IMG/VR virus record: IMGVR_UViG_2695420732_000030
Span: 1-18,236 of that record
Direction: 5' to 3' (one strand)
DNA: 18,236 nucleotides
DNA from: a virus
Lineage: Duplodnaviria > Heunggongvirae > Uroviricota > Caudoviricetes
The notes below the pieces were generated by a model. The model saw nothing but the letters and a program-made list of their open reading frames with translations, made no database searches and was not told where the DNA came from. A program made the position numbers and the translations under genes. Each line of letters begins with the position of its first letter. The stretch's first letter is position 1. Below, piece by piece: positions 1 through 7,841 of this stretch.

Positions 1-1236
1 CTATGATAACCGCGCATTCAACATGGCTATCTGTTCGTCGTTCATGTCATCAATCCACATACCGTAAATTTCATACACCATCTGCGCAGTTTCATGCCCC
101 ATTTGGCTGGCTATAAATGCCGGGTTCGCTCCTGCCGTCAACAGCCAGCAGGCAAAAGTATGCCGCGTATGGTACGGATTACGGCGGCGAATACCAGCAC
201 GTTTTACTGCTGCATTCCACCTTGCCCCCAAACTGCTTACCGAGTAATAAGGTTTTTGTTTTCCGTTACACACCCTGGGCATGAAAACAAAATGCAGTTT
301 TTGCTTTTCGGTTCTGCCGTACTCCCGATGATAAAAGGTGATTTCGCTTTTGCGATGATGCCCGGTCAGTTTGTATTGCTCCTTCAGTGCTTCAAGAGCA
401 GGCTGCAGTAGTGTTACTGTCCGGATCCCGGCATTTGTTTTTGGGGGACCGAACATATCAAGTATCGTCAGGTTTCTTCTGACATTCACTATTCCCTTTT
501 CGAGATCCACATCCTCCCACGCCAGAGCTGCCAGTTCCCCGTGACGAAGTCCTGAGTAAACTGCAAATTTCCACATGTTCTGGCTCTGTCCTTTTTCACT
601 TTCCATTAATGCATTGAATTCTGTTTTAGATAACGGATCAGGCTTTATTCTGTTTCGCTGTAATTTTTTTACTCCTTCAAATGGTTTGGTTGATATAAAT
701 CCCGACTGATACGCAAAACGTAACAGCGAACAGAGCAGGGCGATATAGTTATCAACTGTGCGCACGGTTCTTCCTTTTTTGTTGGATCTTGGATTATCCA
801 GGTAAAGCGTTTCTCCATGCAGCAGTTCATTCCGGTAGTTTAAGATATCGCTATAACGAATATGTGATATCAGGGTACTTTCACAAATTATTATTCTGAG
901 TGTTTTTAATTGTGATTTCGTTTTCTTCATTGTGTTTGTTGTTAACTCTGTCTCTTTAATTTTTGTCCAGATATCACAAAGCTCTCCGAACGTTTTTATG
1001 ACTCTCGTTGTCACCATTTTTGCCCCAGTGCTGGACTGGGGAAAACGTCTTAAATACTCAAATTCACCGGAGTTTATTTCATGAACTATCAGCGCTCTTA
1101 AATTTCCGGCCTTTTTAATATTACTGTTTGTAATCTCCCAGCCTTTTAATGTTTCCCGACATCGTTTTCCTCGAAACATGAACCAGATGCGAATGTATCT
1201 ACCTCTAATCTCGACACCTGTTGGTAATTTAGACAT
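1..1236 (-). CDS. int: Tyrosine recombinase / phage integrase (Rac IntR-like), 411 aa. The stop codon lies at 1-3.
   Basis: Full-length ORF. The N-terminus MSKLPTGVEIRGRYIRIWF is typical of this integrase group. The C-terminal catalytic region contains RHGELAAL, HTRHTFACW (H-x-x-R) and a terminal Tyr in MVYEIY. It is adjacent to xis. Confidence 0.95.
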   Translation of the reverse strand: MSKLPTGVEIRGRYIRIWFMFRGKRCRETLKGWEITNSNIKKAGNLRALIVHEINSGEFEYLRRFPQSSTGAKMVTTRVIKTFGELCDIWTKIKETELTTNTMKKTKSQLKTLRIIICESTLISHIRYSDILNYRNELLHGETLYLDNPRSNKKGRTVRTVDNYIALLCSLLRFAYQSGFISTKPFEGVKKLQRNRIKPDPLSKTEFNALMESEKGQSQNMWKFAVYSGLRHGELAALAWEDVDLEKGIVNVRRNLTILDMFGPPKTNAGIRTVTLLQPALEALKEQYKLTGHHRKSEITFYHREYGRTEKQKLHFVFMPRVCNGKQKPYYSVSSLGARWNAAVKRAGIRRRNPYHTRHTFACWLLTAGANPAFIASQMGHETAQMVYEIYGMWIDDMNDEQIAMLNARLS

Positions 1237-1237
1237 A

Positions 1238-1453
1238 TCATGAGTCTTTGATAAACTGATTTATCTTTGGATAGTTGTACCAGATAATCCCTCGTTTGCT
1301 GTCTGGCTTACCTAAAGGAGATACTCGTTTGAAGTGGAAGCCCTCCACCCAACAGTTCTGGCGGTATGCTTCAATTTGTCTGGCCCCCAGACCAGTGCGA
1401 AGCATCAGGCCGTATTCAACCATCCACTCTTCATTAAAGATTACTTGTGCCAT
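1238..1453 (-). CDS. xis: Excisionase-like protein, 71 aa (XisR/YdaQ-like).
   Basis: The start is chosen at [10 protein letters not shown], with SD GAGGTG 6 nt upstream on the minus strand. It is a small basic protein lying 1 nt upstream of the int start. The sequence resembles Rac YdaQ. Confidence 0.85.
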   Translation of the reverse strand: MAQVIFNEEWMVEYGLMLRTGLGARQIEAYRQNCWVEGFHFKRVSPLGKPDSKRGIIWYNYPKINQFIKDS

Positions 1454-1552
1454 CGCATCACCTCTGGCAGGCGCCAATGTTAGACTGAAATTGACGCCCG
1501 ATGTTGATTATTAATAATCAGCTATGAAGTTTTAATTTGAATACAATGCAAT

Positions 1553-1741
1553 TCACGAGGACTGAAGTTTCTCGCAATTAAAATTTATCAGTTTTACTTT
1601 CTGCTCTCTGGAAACGCCTGCTTCTTTTTTACCTGAGAGCATTTTTTCGCATTCTGATTTCGTTAGTTTAGATTTTGAATATCTTGTCCAGTTAGTAGGA
1701 GTGCCACCTTCCTTTTCAATAGTGGCGGTAATTTTATACAT
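1553..1741 (-). CDS. Small YdaC-like hypothetical protein, 62 aa.
   Basis: The start at MYKITATIEKEGG has GGAGGTG just upstream on the minus strand and overlaps the ralR stop (ATGTATAA). The longer 86-aa track ORF is probably an over-extension. Confidence 0.7.
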   Translation of the reverse strand: MYKITATIEKEGGTPTNWTRYSKSKLTKSECEKMLSGKKEAGVSREQKVKLINFNCEKLQSS

Positions 1742-1928
1742 GAACACCTCCGTTATTATTTCCAGTGGTTCGTTTATTCCATCTTTCGAGTGCTTCTTTT
1801 TCACTTCCACCATAACCGGTTCGGGATTCGCATCCGTTACACTTCGCTCGGTAATATCCTGAAATGACTTTCACCGTTACTGATGGACAACCACAAAATG
1901 GACATGGTTTAACATTGTCATATCTCAT
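1734..1928 (-). CDS. ralR: Restriction-alleviation protein Lar / RalR, 64 aa (type I toxin of the RalR-RalA pair in Rac).
   Basis: MRYDNVKPCPFCGCPSVTVK...CNGCESRTGYGGSEKEALERWNKRT is near-identical to my recollection of K-12 RalR. It has a CPFCG/CNGC zinc ribbon. The gene sits directly downstream of recT, as in Rac. Confidence 0.9.
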   Translation of the reverse strand: MRYDNVKPCPFCGCPSVTVKVISGYYRAKCNGCESRTGYGGSEKEALERWNKRTTGNNNGGVHV

Positions 1929-1984
1929 AATTTTTCTCATAAAAAATATTTCAAGTTGGCGGTGCATTACACCGCCAGGCTGAA

Positions 1985-2794
1985 TTATTCCTCTGAATTA
2001 TCGATTACACTGTATTCCCCGGTTAATACAGAGGAATCTGCAGGATCGATTGTCAGTGGTTCCTTTTCATCCATTGATACTGCACGCTGGATCTCAATTG
2101 ATACGGGCAGATATTTGAACAGGCGACGAATAGCCGTTTTCTTTGCCATTTCTTCCCAGTGAGTTACCCACGGCCCGTTATTACCAGCTTTACTCAGGCT
2201 GCGCACCAGCTCAATCTGTTTGCGCGTCATAACTTCAAACTGAGTACCTCCGTCTTTCAGTCTTGCGACAGCATAGACGTGGGTAACCGGGGCATCTTCG
2301 TTTTCTCCCGGGCGGTGTATTAACTTTTCATCAAGGCCAAATTCGAAGCTAAACTCGTCACCTTCACGGACAACACGGGCTGACAGGCTGGCGATTTGAC
2401 CAGAACGGCGAGCCAGATCAATCATGCCGCGATAGCCAATGATTAGCTGAACGTTCTTTTTACCGCTCTTTTCGTTTTTATTACCAAAAGGCAGTAAATA
2501 TGCATGACCGAGGGCGCTACCTGGCTCAAGTCCGAGCTGTGAACACTGTACGATCGCACTGACAAAACTCATAGTGTCACAGTTTCCTAACGCCGGAACT
2601 TTACTAATTTCTGTGGTGGCGATACGGATCATACGTTCAGCCGTCATATGGCGTGGAAGAGCTGCTGCCAGTTGCTCTTTCATTGCCGGGCTGTTAATCA
2701 CGCACAGCACATCCTTATCGTTAACTGCTGCTGGTGCACGGTTTCCCTGAGTTTTTTGCAGATCGGCTTTTGCGATAGGTGGTTGCTTAATCAT
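1985..2794 (-). CDS. recT: RecT single-strand annealing protein, 269 aa.
   Basis: The start at [21 protein letters not shown] matches K-12 [12 protein letters not shown]. The ATG overlaps the recE stop (AATGATTAA). The rest of the sequence matches RecT throughout. Confidence 0.95.
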   Translation of the reverse strand: MIKQPPIAKADLQKTQGNRAPAAVNDKDVLCVINSPAMKEQLAAALPRHMTAERMIRIATTEISKVPALGNCDTMSFVSAIVQCSQLGLEPGSALGHAYLLPFGNKNEKSGKKNVQLIIGYRGMIDLARRSGQIASLSARVVREGDEFSFEFGLDEKLIHRPGENEDAPVTHVYAVARLKDGGTQFEVMTRKQIELVRSLSKAGNNGPWVTHWEEMAKKTAIRRLFKYLPVSIEIQRAVSMDEKEPLTIDPADSSVLTGEYSVIDNSEE

Positions 2795-5459
2795 TTGCAT
2801 ACTCCTTAGCCCAGCGGGGCAGTGATAACGTCTTAATAGCTGGCCATTCATCGGTATTTAGGCAGTCAGCCAGGGTCCGCAGATTGCGGTGATATTCCTG
2901 CTGGCCTGCCAGTTTTGCTTCTTCGCCCATCATGAAAATCTCAACCGGATAACGTCCGCATTCAACAGTTGTGCTGGCAACCAGAAAAACGAAAGTTGGC
3001 TGCACGCCAAACTGTGCTTCATAACCGTCACTGTAGAATGCATCCTGAACGTGATAGCGGTAGTCGTAATAAGCCGTTTTGAATCGTTGAATATCCGCTG
3101 TGGTTTTCACGTCCATGATCCAGTGAAATTCAGGAATAATTTTGTCCGGACGGCACCGACACAAAATTCCTGTTTCCGGATCTTCCCAGTAAATTGATGA
3201 TTCAGCGTGTCCGGCGCTTTCAACAAGCCATTGCCCCAGCGGCAAAGCCATAACGCTTTGATACATGAGTTCAATTTTCCGGCCTTCTTCCGCAGTGATA
3301 ACCGTTTTTCCTGTGCTTGCGCATTCCATCAGAAACGCTTTCTCTTCTTCTTTTCCGGCGGTTGTACGGCGGTTAAATTCAGGTGCTACGATAAAGCGGT
3401 TACTGAATTCTTCCGGTTCAAGTACCCGGCAGTGGAAAGCGGTTCCTAAATCGAGCGTTTTTGTCTTTGTAGTGTCCACGGGGGCATTTTTACGCCACAA
3501 ATACAGTGCCGGAGTATCAGCAATGTCATCGAGCTGAGACTTACTGACACCGGGACCCGCGTGGTAATTCTCATTCGAAATTCCGTAATAAATACCTGGC
3601 TCTATGTCTTCTACGATTACGGGATCTGCGACTTCGCCAGTTTCATCACTGCAATCGCGATGCGGATCGCTGCCAGCATTCTCATTGTGCGGATGTTCAG
3701 CGCCTTCCATTTCCTCCGGATCTTTTTCCTTAGCTTCAACCTGATTCTCTTCACCGAATGTTTCCTGGTATGTTGCGTCGCCCATCACCGCGCCACAATC
3801 AGGGCAGTTGCCGCCACCGCTCTGACCGCAGGCGGTGCAGACTTTTTCCGGTTCCTGTTGCGCTACTGGTTCGGATTGTTTCGTTTCTGGCTCGTTTTGT
3901 AACGCATTTGGGCTGTTTTGTTCCGCTTTTTGGTCGTTCCGTTCCGATTCATGCTGGTTCTGGTTCACAGAATCGCGAGTCTGGATCCCCTTGACCCATT
4001 TCGGATCATTAGGGTCGCTAATCCCCTCAACAAATTCACCACGCGATACAGCAAGTAACTTATCGGCGTCAGGCTGGCTGATATTGGCTGCCTGCATAAT
4101 TTTGTTTACTTCGTCAGCGGTGACTTTTACTTGGTTAGCGGAACTCACCTGCGACTGAGCATCCAGCGACTGCGCGTTCTGGCCATGTTCAGTTGTATCC
4201 GGTTCCATTGTTTCAGTTGTTGCCTGTTCACCTGCCATTGCGTCAGATGGTTGTGGTTTTTCTTCTTCTGTTTCACGCTCAGTAACCACCTCGCGGTTAA
4301 TTTCTTCCAGGATATCTTTTTCCGGTGTATGCCGGGCAGCTGTGAGAGTTTCCTTGCTGGGGTTCTCGTGATCAGTTTCCGTCAAATAGGCGTTGATATA
4401 CCCCTGAAGGCGTCCCGGGTAGTGATAAAATTCAGGGTGTGCGCTTCGGATAAGTGCAAAAATAGCGGCGCGGGAATAGTCCAGAATACCCGGGGTTGCA
4501 CGAAGTGCTGCGGACCATTCTTTGAACGGACTTTCTTTGTTCAGGACTACTTCTTTTGCGCGACGATAAACGCTGCCCGGAATTTCATAAATATTAAAAT
4601 CCATCGGAAGTGTGGCTGCTGCAATCTCCACATCCAGTGTGTCGAGGGTGTGTACTAAATTCGGATTGCGATCGGTTTTGTTCCCACCGCCAGCATTAGC
4701 ACCGGAAGCCGTGCGGGTGATGCGTGAAACACGATTTCCTTTCATCCACTCTTTTGTCAGCAGACCCCGATAAGTGTAGTCAGCGTCCAGGTATGCTTCG
4801 AAAAAAGCAGTTATTAGTCCCAGGTCTGAATTACCAGGATTAGGGAAAACTTTGTCAGTGTCACGAACCAGTTTGTGGAGGTCGCGAATCTCCAGCGAGT
4901 CGAGCAGACTGGTTTTATGCGAAATAGCCAGGGCAGTAACAGCCGGTAGTTCTTCAGCCCGTGCAATGTGTAATGCCTGGAGTTCGTCGCGTGAAACGTG
5001 CGTTACTGGTTTTTCGCTGCCGTGTTGAGCAAGCCAACGAATGGGCAGTTCCTGACCGGAGACAGGCAGAAGCATGCTCTCCTCAATCTCAGTCATGTCT
5101 TCGCCGTTGATGTTGGTATTGTCAGTGCTGGCTGGTTTATCCTGAACAGAGGGTGACGGGGCGATAAATACCATTGTGATGCCATCCTCCCCGCCTTTTT
5201 CGTATCGGTTGCAGAATTCCGTATCAAATACGCCTTCTGGTGGGAGGTCATCAACAACGGGCAAATTGACGCGAACAGGTTTTTTAAAGTCATCTTCATC
5301 GTAGCCAGCATCGTCAATCGCAACAGCACCACGGGAGATGGCAATGGATAATTTTTTCGCTTCAGCCCAGTAAAAACCGCCTTTAATACCGAGACGTTTT
5401 CTTACTTTGTCATTTTTGGCTTCGTAATACAGTGGGAAAACTTGTTTATCGGTGCTCAT
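2787..5459 (-). CDS. recE: Exodeoxyribonuclease VIII (RecE), 890 aa.
   Basis: A long ORF with an acidic, low-complexity middle region, an internal [16 protein letters not shown] motif, and a C-terminal nuclease region ([10 protein letters not shown]...DVKTT...). It is coupled to recT. Confidence 0.95.
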   Translation of the reverse strand: MSTDKQVFPLYYEAKNDKVRKRLGIKGGFYWAEAKKLSIAISRGAVAIDDAGYDEDDFKKPVRVNLPVVDDLPPEGVFDTEFCNRYEKGGEDGITMVFIAPSPSVQDKPASTDNTNINGEDMTEIEESMLLPVSGQELPIRWLAQHGSEKPVTHVSRDELQALHIARAEELPAVTALAISHKTSLLDSLEIRDLHKLVRDTDKVFPNPGNSDLGLITAFFEAYLDADYTYRGLLTKEWMKGNRVSRITRTASGANAGGGNKTDRNPNLVHTLDTLDVEIAAATLPMDFNIYEIPGSVYRRAKEVVLNKESPFKEWSAALRATPGILDYSRAAIFALIRSAHPEFYHYPGRLQGYINAYLTETDHENPSKETLTAARHTPEKDILEEINREVVTERETEEEKPQPSDAMAGEQATTETMEPDTTEHGQNAQSLDAQSQVSSANQVKVTADEVNKIMQAANISQPDADKLLAVSRGEFVEGISDPNDPKWVKGIQTRDSVNQNQHESERNDQKAEQNSPNALQNEPETKQSEPVAQQEPEKVCTACGQSGGGNCPDCGAVMGDATYQETFGEENQVEAKEKDPEEMEGAEHPHNENAGSDPHRDCSDETGEVADPVIVEDIEPGIYYGISNENYHAGPGVSKSQLDDIADTPALYLWRKNAPVDTTKTKTLDLGTAFHCRVLEPEEFSNRFIVAPEFNRRTTAGKEEEKAFLMECASTGKTVITAEEGRKIELMYQSVMALPLGQWLVESAGHAESSIYWEDPETGILCRCRPDKIIPEFHWIMDVKTTADIQRFKTAYYDYRYHVQDAFYSDGYEAQFGVQPTFVFLVASTTVECGRYPVEIFMMGEEAKLAGQQEYHRNLRTLADCLNTDEWPAIKTLSLPRWAKEYAND

Positions 5460-5527
5460 TGTTTTTTAACCTCAACTCAGATTAAAATTATTGCGAGTGA
5501 TGAATAAATGTCCCGGGTTCTTGACTC

Positions 5528-5555
5528 AGGCCTGCGCTGAGTGCAGGCCTTTTTC
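5528..5555 (+). terminator. GC-rich hairpin with a T-run only on the plus strand, lying between racC and recE.
   Basis: AGGCCTGC (5528-5535), a 7-nt loop, GCAGGCCT (5543-5550), then TTTTT. On the minus (coding) strand the tail is GAGTCAAG. Confidence 0.45.
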
Positions 5556-5559
5556 CCAT

Positions 5560-5835
5560 TCAGATTTCGCCTTTTTGTTCCATCTCAATCAGAGTTGCCA
5601 TAATCCTGTCTTTTTTCTCTGCTGGAATATTCTTTATGATGTGCACCATGCACATTTTTTTTACACCTTCGTGAAGTGTTTTAACGTTGCCTGATGGACC
5701 GTCGATATCAACCACGGTGAATGGGGTTTCTTTATTTTCTGTTTTAATCACGTAGCCAATGAGTTTTCCTTCCAGGATAACTTCGTGAACAACGTCATCA
5801 GTAGTAACAACAGTGGCTTCATAACTGGTAATCAT
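5560..5835 (-). CDS. racC: RacC-like protein, 91 aa.
   Basis: The start at MITSYEATVVTTDD has AAGGAGAAAAAC upstream on the minus strand. The sequence resembles K-12 RacC. Confidence 0.85.
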   Translation of the reverse strand: MITSYEATVVTTDDVVHEVILEGKLIGYVIKTENKETPFTVVDIDGPSGNVKTLHEGVKKMCMVHIIKNIPAEKKDRIMATLIEMEQKGEI

Positions 5836-5909
5836 GTTTTTCTCCTTAATTAAGGTTGAGCGAATCCCTGCCATTGCTGGCATAAATTCAGTTTCGGATA
5901 GTCAGTTAA

Positions 5910-6080
5910 TTAAAGTTCGTGTGCCATCTGGTCTTTTTCGGCACAGATTTCACTACAATATTTTTTCATTTCCGTCGTTGGTATAACTCCACGCATGAAA
6001 TGAAGTGGTCTTGTAATGATTTTGCTTTCTTCAATTTCTTTATTGCAAAGGTGATAAGCACATTTTATTTTCTTAGTCAT
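5910..6080 (-). CDS. ydaE: YdaE-like small zinc-binding protein, 56 aa. It is not in the supplied ORF track because it is under 60 aa.
   Basis: I translated it by hand as [56 protein letters not shown]. The start ATG shares 1 nt with the kilR stop (TAATG). Confidence 0.8.
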   Translation of the reverse strand: MTKKIKCAYHLCNKEIEESKIITRPLHFMRGVIPTTEMKKYCSEICAEKDQMAHEL

Positions 6081-6301
6081 TACCATGACTCCGCCTTTAC
6101 AGGTAAACCATCACGACCGAGGAAGACTCTAATCATGCAGTCAGAAATGCATGTTTTTGTAGTCAGGCTACGAATATAAAGTTTTCGCTTTTTAATATTG
6201 TTTGCCGAGGCGATATATGTCCGACCTTCATGAAGAACATAATCGCCAGGAGTCACACACTGACGTGGTATTTCATCAGTTCCGAAGTGATGAGCAATCA
6301 T
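6080..6301 (-). CDS. kilR: KilR (FtsZ-inhibiting Kil protein of Rac-type prophages), 73 aa.
   Basis: [46 protein letters not shown]... matches KilR. SD GGAGA lies 7 nt upstream of the ATG at 6301. Confidence 0.9.
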   Translation of the reverse strand: MIAHHFGTDEIPRQCVTPGDYVLHEGRTYIASANNIKKRKLYIRSLTTKTCISDCMIRVFLGRDGLPVKAESW

Positions 6302-6362
6302 AATTATCTCCATTTTTACAAATGAATTTTGTCGATGCGGTGCCTGGTGCCTCCAGGTGACG

Positions 6363-6392
6363 TTAACCAGTTAACAATTAACGCCGGATAAT
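6363..6392 (+). promoter_or_regulatory. Candidate sigma70 promoter reading rightward, away from kilR.
   Basis: TTAACC (6363-6368), an 18-nt spacer, then GATAAT (6387-6392). It is embedded in a GTTAAC-CA-GTTAAC-AATTAAC repeat. Confidence 0.35.
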
Positions 6393-6463
6393 CCACCCAT
6401 AACACTGATGCTTTTAACTGTGCCGCGTGCGCTTAGCCGCATTCACCGCATCACAAAATTCAC

Positions 6464-6512
6464 TTTAAAAAGGCGGACATCAGTCGAACTTCAAGAAAAA
6501 ACTGATGCCGCC
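6464..6512 (-). terminator. Possible minus-strand intrinsic terminator, in a tL-like position upstream of kilR.
   Basis: On the minus strand the sequence is GGCGG-CATCAG, an 18-nt loop, CTGATG-T-CCGCC, then TTTTTAAAG. The large loop weakens the call. Confidence 0.4.
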
Positions 6513-6643
6513 AAGACTACACACAGCAGTGTTGTTAGTCACAACCGGAGGCGCACTCCCACCATTTAAATTTAACAGACAAGACCGACTCTTTATGGAT
6601 ATCGGAAATGCGCCTTCGTGTTGTGCCCGGTTTTATTTCACCA

Positions 6644-6668
6644 CCTCCGGGCTTCGGTGGTTTTCGTT
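6644..6668 (+). terminator. Plus-strand intrinsic terminator.
   Basis: CCTCCG (6644-6649), loop GGCTT, CGGTGG (6655-6660), then TTTTCGTTATT. An alternative pairing is CCCGG 6626-6630 with CCGGG 6647-6651. Confidence 0.55.
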
Positions 6669-6691
6669 ATTCCCCAACAGCGAAAATTAGG

Positions 6692-7042
6692 TTAATCTGA
6701 ATATCCCCCAACAGATGGAAGGATTTTTCTATGCTCGAAAATCAGACCTTGAAGGTTGCCTGCCCTGATTGCGGCAGTGAGATGCTCAAGCGGCCCGATG
6801 ATTTTGACTTTGACACTAATTTCGTTGGCGTTAGTTGTGCCGAATGTGGTCGAGAAATCACTAAGGACGATGTTATTAAGCAAGGAAAAAATGTAGTTCA
6901 GAAACAAGTCAATGACATGCTCCGGAACACCCTCAAAGGCAGCGGGTGGAAGTTTAAATAACCCATGTATCGCACTAAAGTGTTCCGTTACTTCTGTAGC
7001 GTCTATGGTAAGTTTGATAGGCGCTATTTTCACTCCCGTCAT
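6692..7042 (-). CDS. Alternative 116-aa ORF antisense to the zinc-ribbon ORF. It is either a shadow ORF or a genuine overlapping gene.
   Basis: SD GAGGTG lies 6 nt upstream of its ATG, about 70 nt downstream of a near-consensus promoter. However, it sits in the classic -1 shadow frame of the plus ORF and has no recognisable motifs. Confidence 0.3.
   Translation of the reverse strand: MTGVKIAPIKLTIDATEVTEHFSAIHGLFKLPPAAFEGVPEHVIDLFLNYIFSLLNNIVLSDFSTTFGTTNANEISVKVKIIGPLEHLTAAIRAGNLQGLIFEHRKILPSVGGYSD
6731..6961 (+). CDS. Small zinc-ribbon protein of unknown function, 76 aa.
   Basis: SD GGAAGGA lies 8 nt upstream. Two knuckles, CPDCG (res 11-15) and CAECG (res 36-40), are 21 residues apart. 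Of its codons, 70% start with a purine. The C-terminus is charged. Confidence 0.6.
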   Translation: MLENQTLKVACPDCGSEMLKRPDDFDFDTNFVGVSCAECGREITKDDVIKQGKNVVQKQVNDMLRNTLKGSGWKFK

Positions 7043-7118
7043 ACATCACCTCAAATCTTTTCCCTTAACGCCGGGTGGCGGAACTAAAACCTACAGCGCC
7101 GTGCTGTTCTCGATAGAA

Positions 7119-7147
7119 ATATTAGTGACACGTATATTTTAAGTCAA
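7119..7147 (-). promoter_or_regulatory. Near-consensus sigma70 promoter reading leftward. It is the candidate pL for the kilR-recET-xis-int operon.
   Basis: On the minus strand: TTGACT (7147-7142), a 17-nt spacer, TAATAT (7124-7119). An A/T-rich UP-like tract lies upstream at 7148-7170. Confidence 0.6.
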
Positions 7148-7243
7148 CAGCAAGGCGTATTATATTTTTGATTTTGTAACTATGTAAATGTTTTTCAAGG
7201 GAAAAATATTAGTTATACAGCTGATTTGCAGAAGTTATGGCAC

Positions 7244-7276
7244 AAAAAAAACCGACTAAGACGTCGGTTTTTTTTT
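7244..7276. terminator. Bidirectional intrinsic terminator, ending the repressor gene on the minus strand.
   Basis: A8 (7244-7251), CCGAC (7252-7256), a 6-nt loop, GTCGG (7263-7267), then T9 (7268-7276). Confidence 0.85.
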
Positions 7277-7302
7277 GTTGTGGGTGGGGTAGTGAGCGGT
7301 GG

Positions 7303-7764
7303 CTACTGGTTACGTTTCTTTAGTGCCAGCATGTTCTCGAAGGCTTCCTCGTAGAGCTTGTTTAGTCCACGTAGCTGGTTAAGGAGTTTGGCTTTTTCTG
7401 ACGCAGGTAGAATCTCGAAGAGGTTAAGTAACTCTGCCTGTTCTTCATTGACCAGCCTCCATCCTTTGCCTGAAAAGCTATCATCATAAGTATCTGATGA
7501 TCTTACATAATTCATTAAGTCTTTAAGGTCTTCTCGAATGTCCTCTGGTTTTACCTTTAACAGAGCCGCAAATTTTAGCGCAGCGTCGGTATTTACCGGT
7601 ATCTTGCCGTTCAGATACTGGCTAACGGTGCCTTGAGATTCGAATCCCAACAACTCAGCCGCCAACTCTTGAGTCAGCTTCAGCTCTTTTTTTCTTGCAT
7701 TCCATGCGGCTTTTAAATTCTTGCTCGCTTCTGGAGTTGCAATCACTTCGCGTGTTTTTTTCAT
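7303..7764 (-). CDS. Prophage repressor, HTH XRE-family, in the RacR/CI position, 153 aa. It has no S24 peptidase domain.
   Basis: The HTH is LTQELAAELLGFESQGTVSQYLNG. The gene is divergent from the cro-like gene across a 107-bp AT-rich control region. No SD precedes the ATG. Confidence 0.85.
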   Translation of the reverse strand: MKKTREVIATPEASKNLKAAWNARKKELKLTQELAAELLGFESQGTVSQYLNGKIPVNTDAALKFAALLKVKPEDIREDLKDLMNYVRSSDTYDDSFSGKGWRLVNEEQAELLNLFEILPASEKAKLLNQLRGLNKLYEEAFENMLALKKRNQ

Positions 7765-7812
7765 ACATAGAGTTTATTTGTTTTACCAATATTATCAAAG
7801 ATAGTCTGACTA

Positions 7813-7841
7813 TTGATCTTTAAAATTAGTAGGGCTAATAT
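7813..7841 (+). promoter_or_regulatory. Candidate pR for the ydaS-like/ydaT-like/replication operon.
   Basis: TTGATC (7813-7818), a 17-nt spacer, TAATAT (7836-7841). The palindrome ATAGTC-T-GACTAT lies at 7801-7813. Confidence 0.55.

Larger units (their letters stand above)
6399..6668 (+). ncRNA. Candidate structured non-coding RNA or long leader of about 270 nt. The family is unknown.
   Basis: Helix 6399-6407/6527-6535 has 9 bp, including T6400-G6534. Hairpin 6472-6483/6502-6512 has 11 bp. Helix 6547-6555/6609-6617 has 9 bp, including G6548-T6616. A plus-strand terminator follows at 6644-6668. No ORF with an SD is present. Confidence 0.35.

Noticed and set aside
94-411. A 105-aa plus ORF inside the integrase gene, and the 1275-1514 plus ORF opposite xis.
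   Set aside because: They are antisense to confidently identified genes, with no translation signals.
1956-2162. A 68-aa plus ORF spanning the ralR-recT junction.
   Set aside because: It is antisense to the recT 3' end and the ralR 5' end. It has no SD and a low-complexity translation.
2889-4658. A series of plus-strand ORFs (2889-3197, 3207-3449, 3265-3537, 3561-3902, 3758-3994, 3835-4158, 4131-4658) plus the minus ORF 5093-5344.
   Set aside because: All lie inside recE, antisense or out of frame. They have Cys/Phe/Arg-rich junk-like translations and no SD. They are shadow ORFs of a long, well-supported gene.
6408-6569. An Arg/Lys-rich 53-aa plus ORF (MLLTVPRALSRIHRITKFTLKRR...NRRRTPTI) that superficially recalls an N-type arginine-rich antiterminator.
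   Set aside because: It is on the wrong strand for the leftward operon. It has no SD, and its ATG would lie only about 9 nt from the predicted start site. It also runs through the strongest hairpin. It is kept only as a remote alternative to the ncRNA interpretation.
6505-6690. A 61-aa plus ORF from the track.
   Set aside because: Its ATG lies within the 3' arm of the 6472-6512 hairpin. It has no SD and reads straight through the 6644-6668 terminator.
6912-7142. A 76-aa plus ORF from the track.
   Set aside because: It has no SD, overlaps the end of the zinc-ribbon ORF in another frame, and runs into the leftward promoter. It is probably a by-product of low stop-codon density here.
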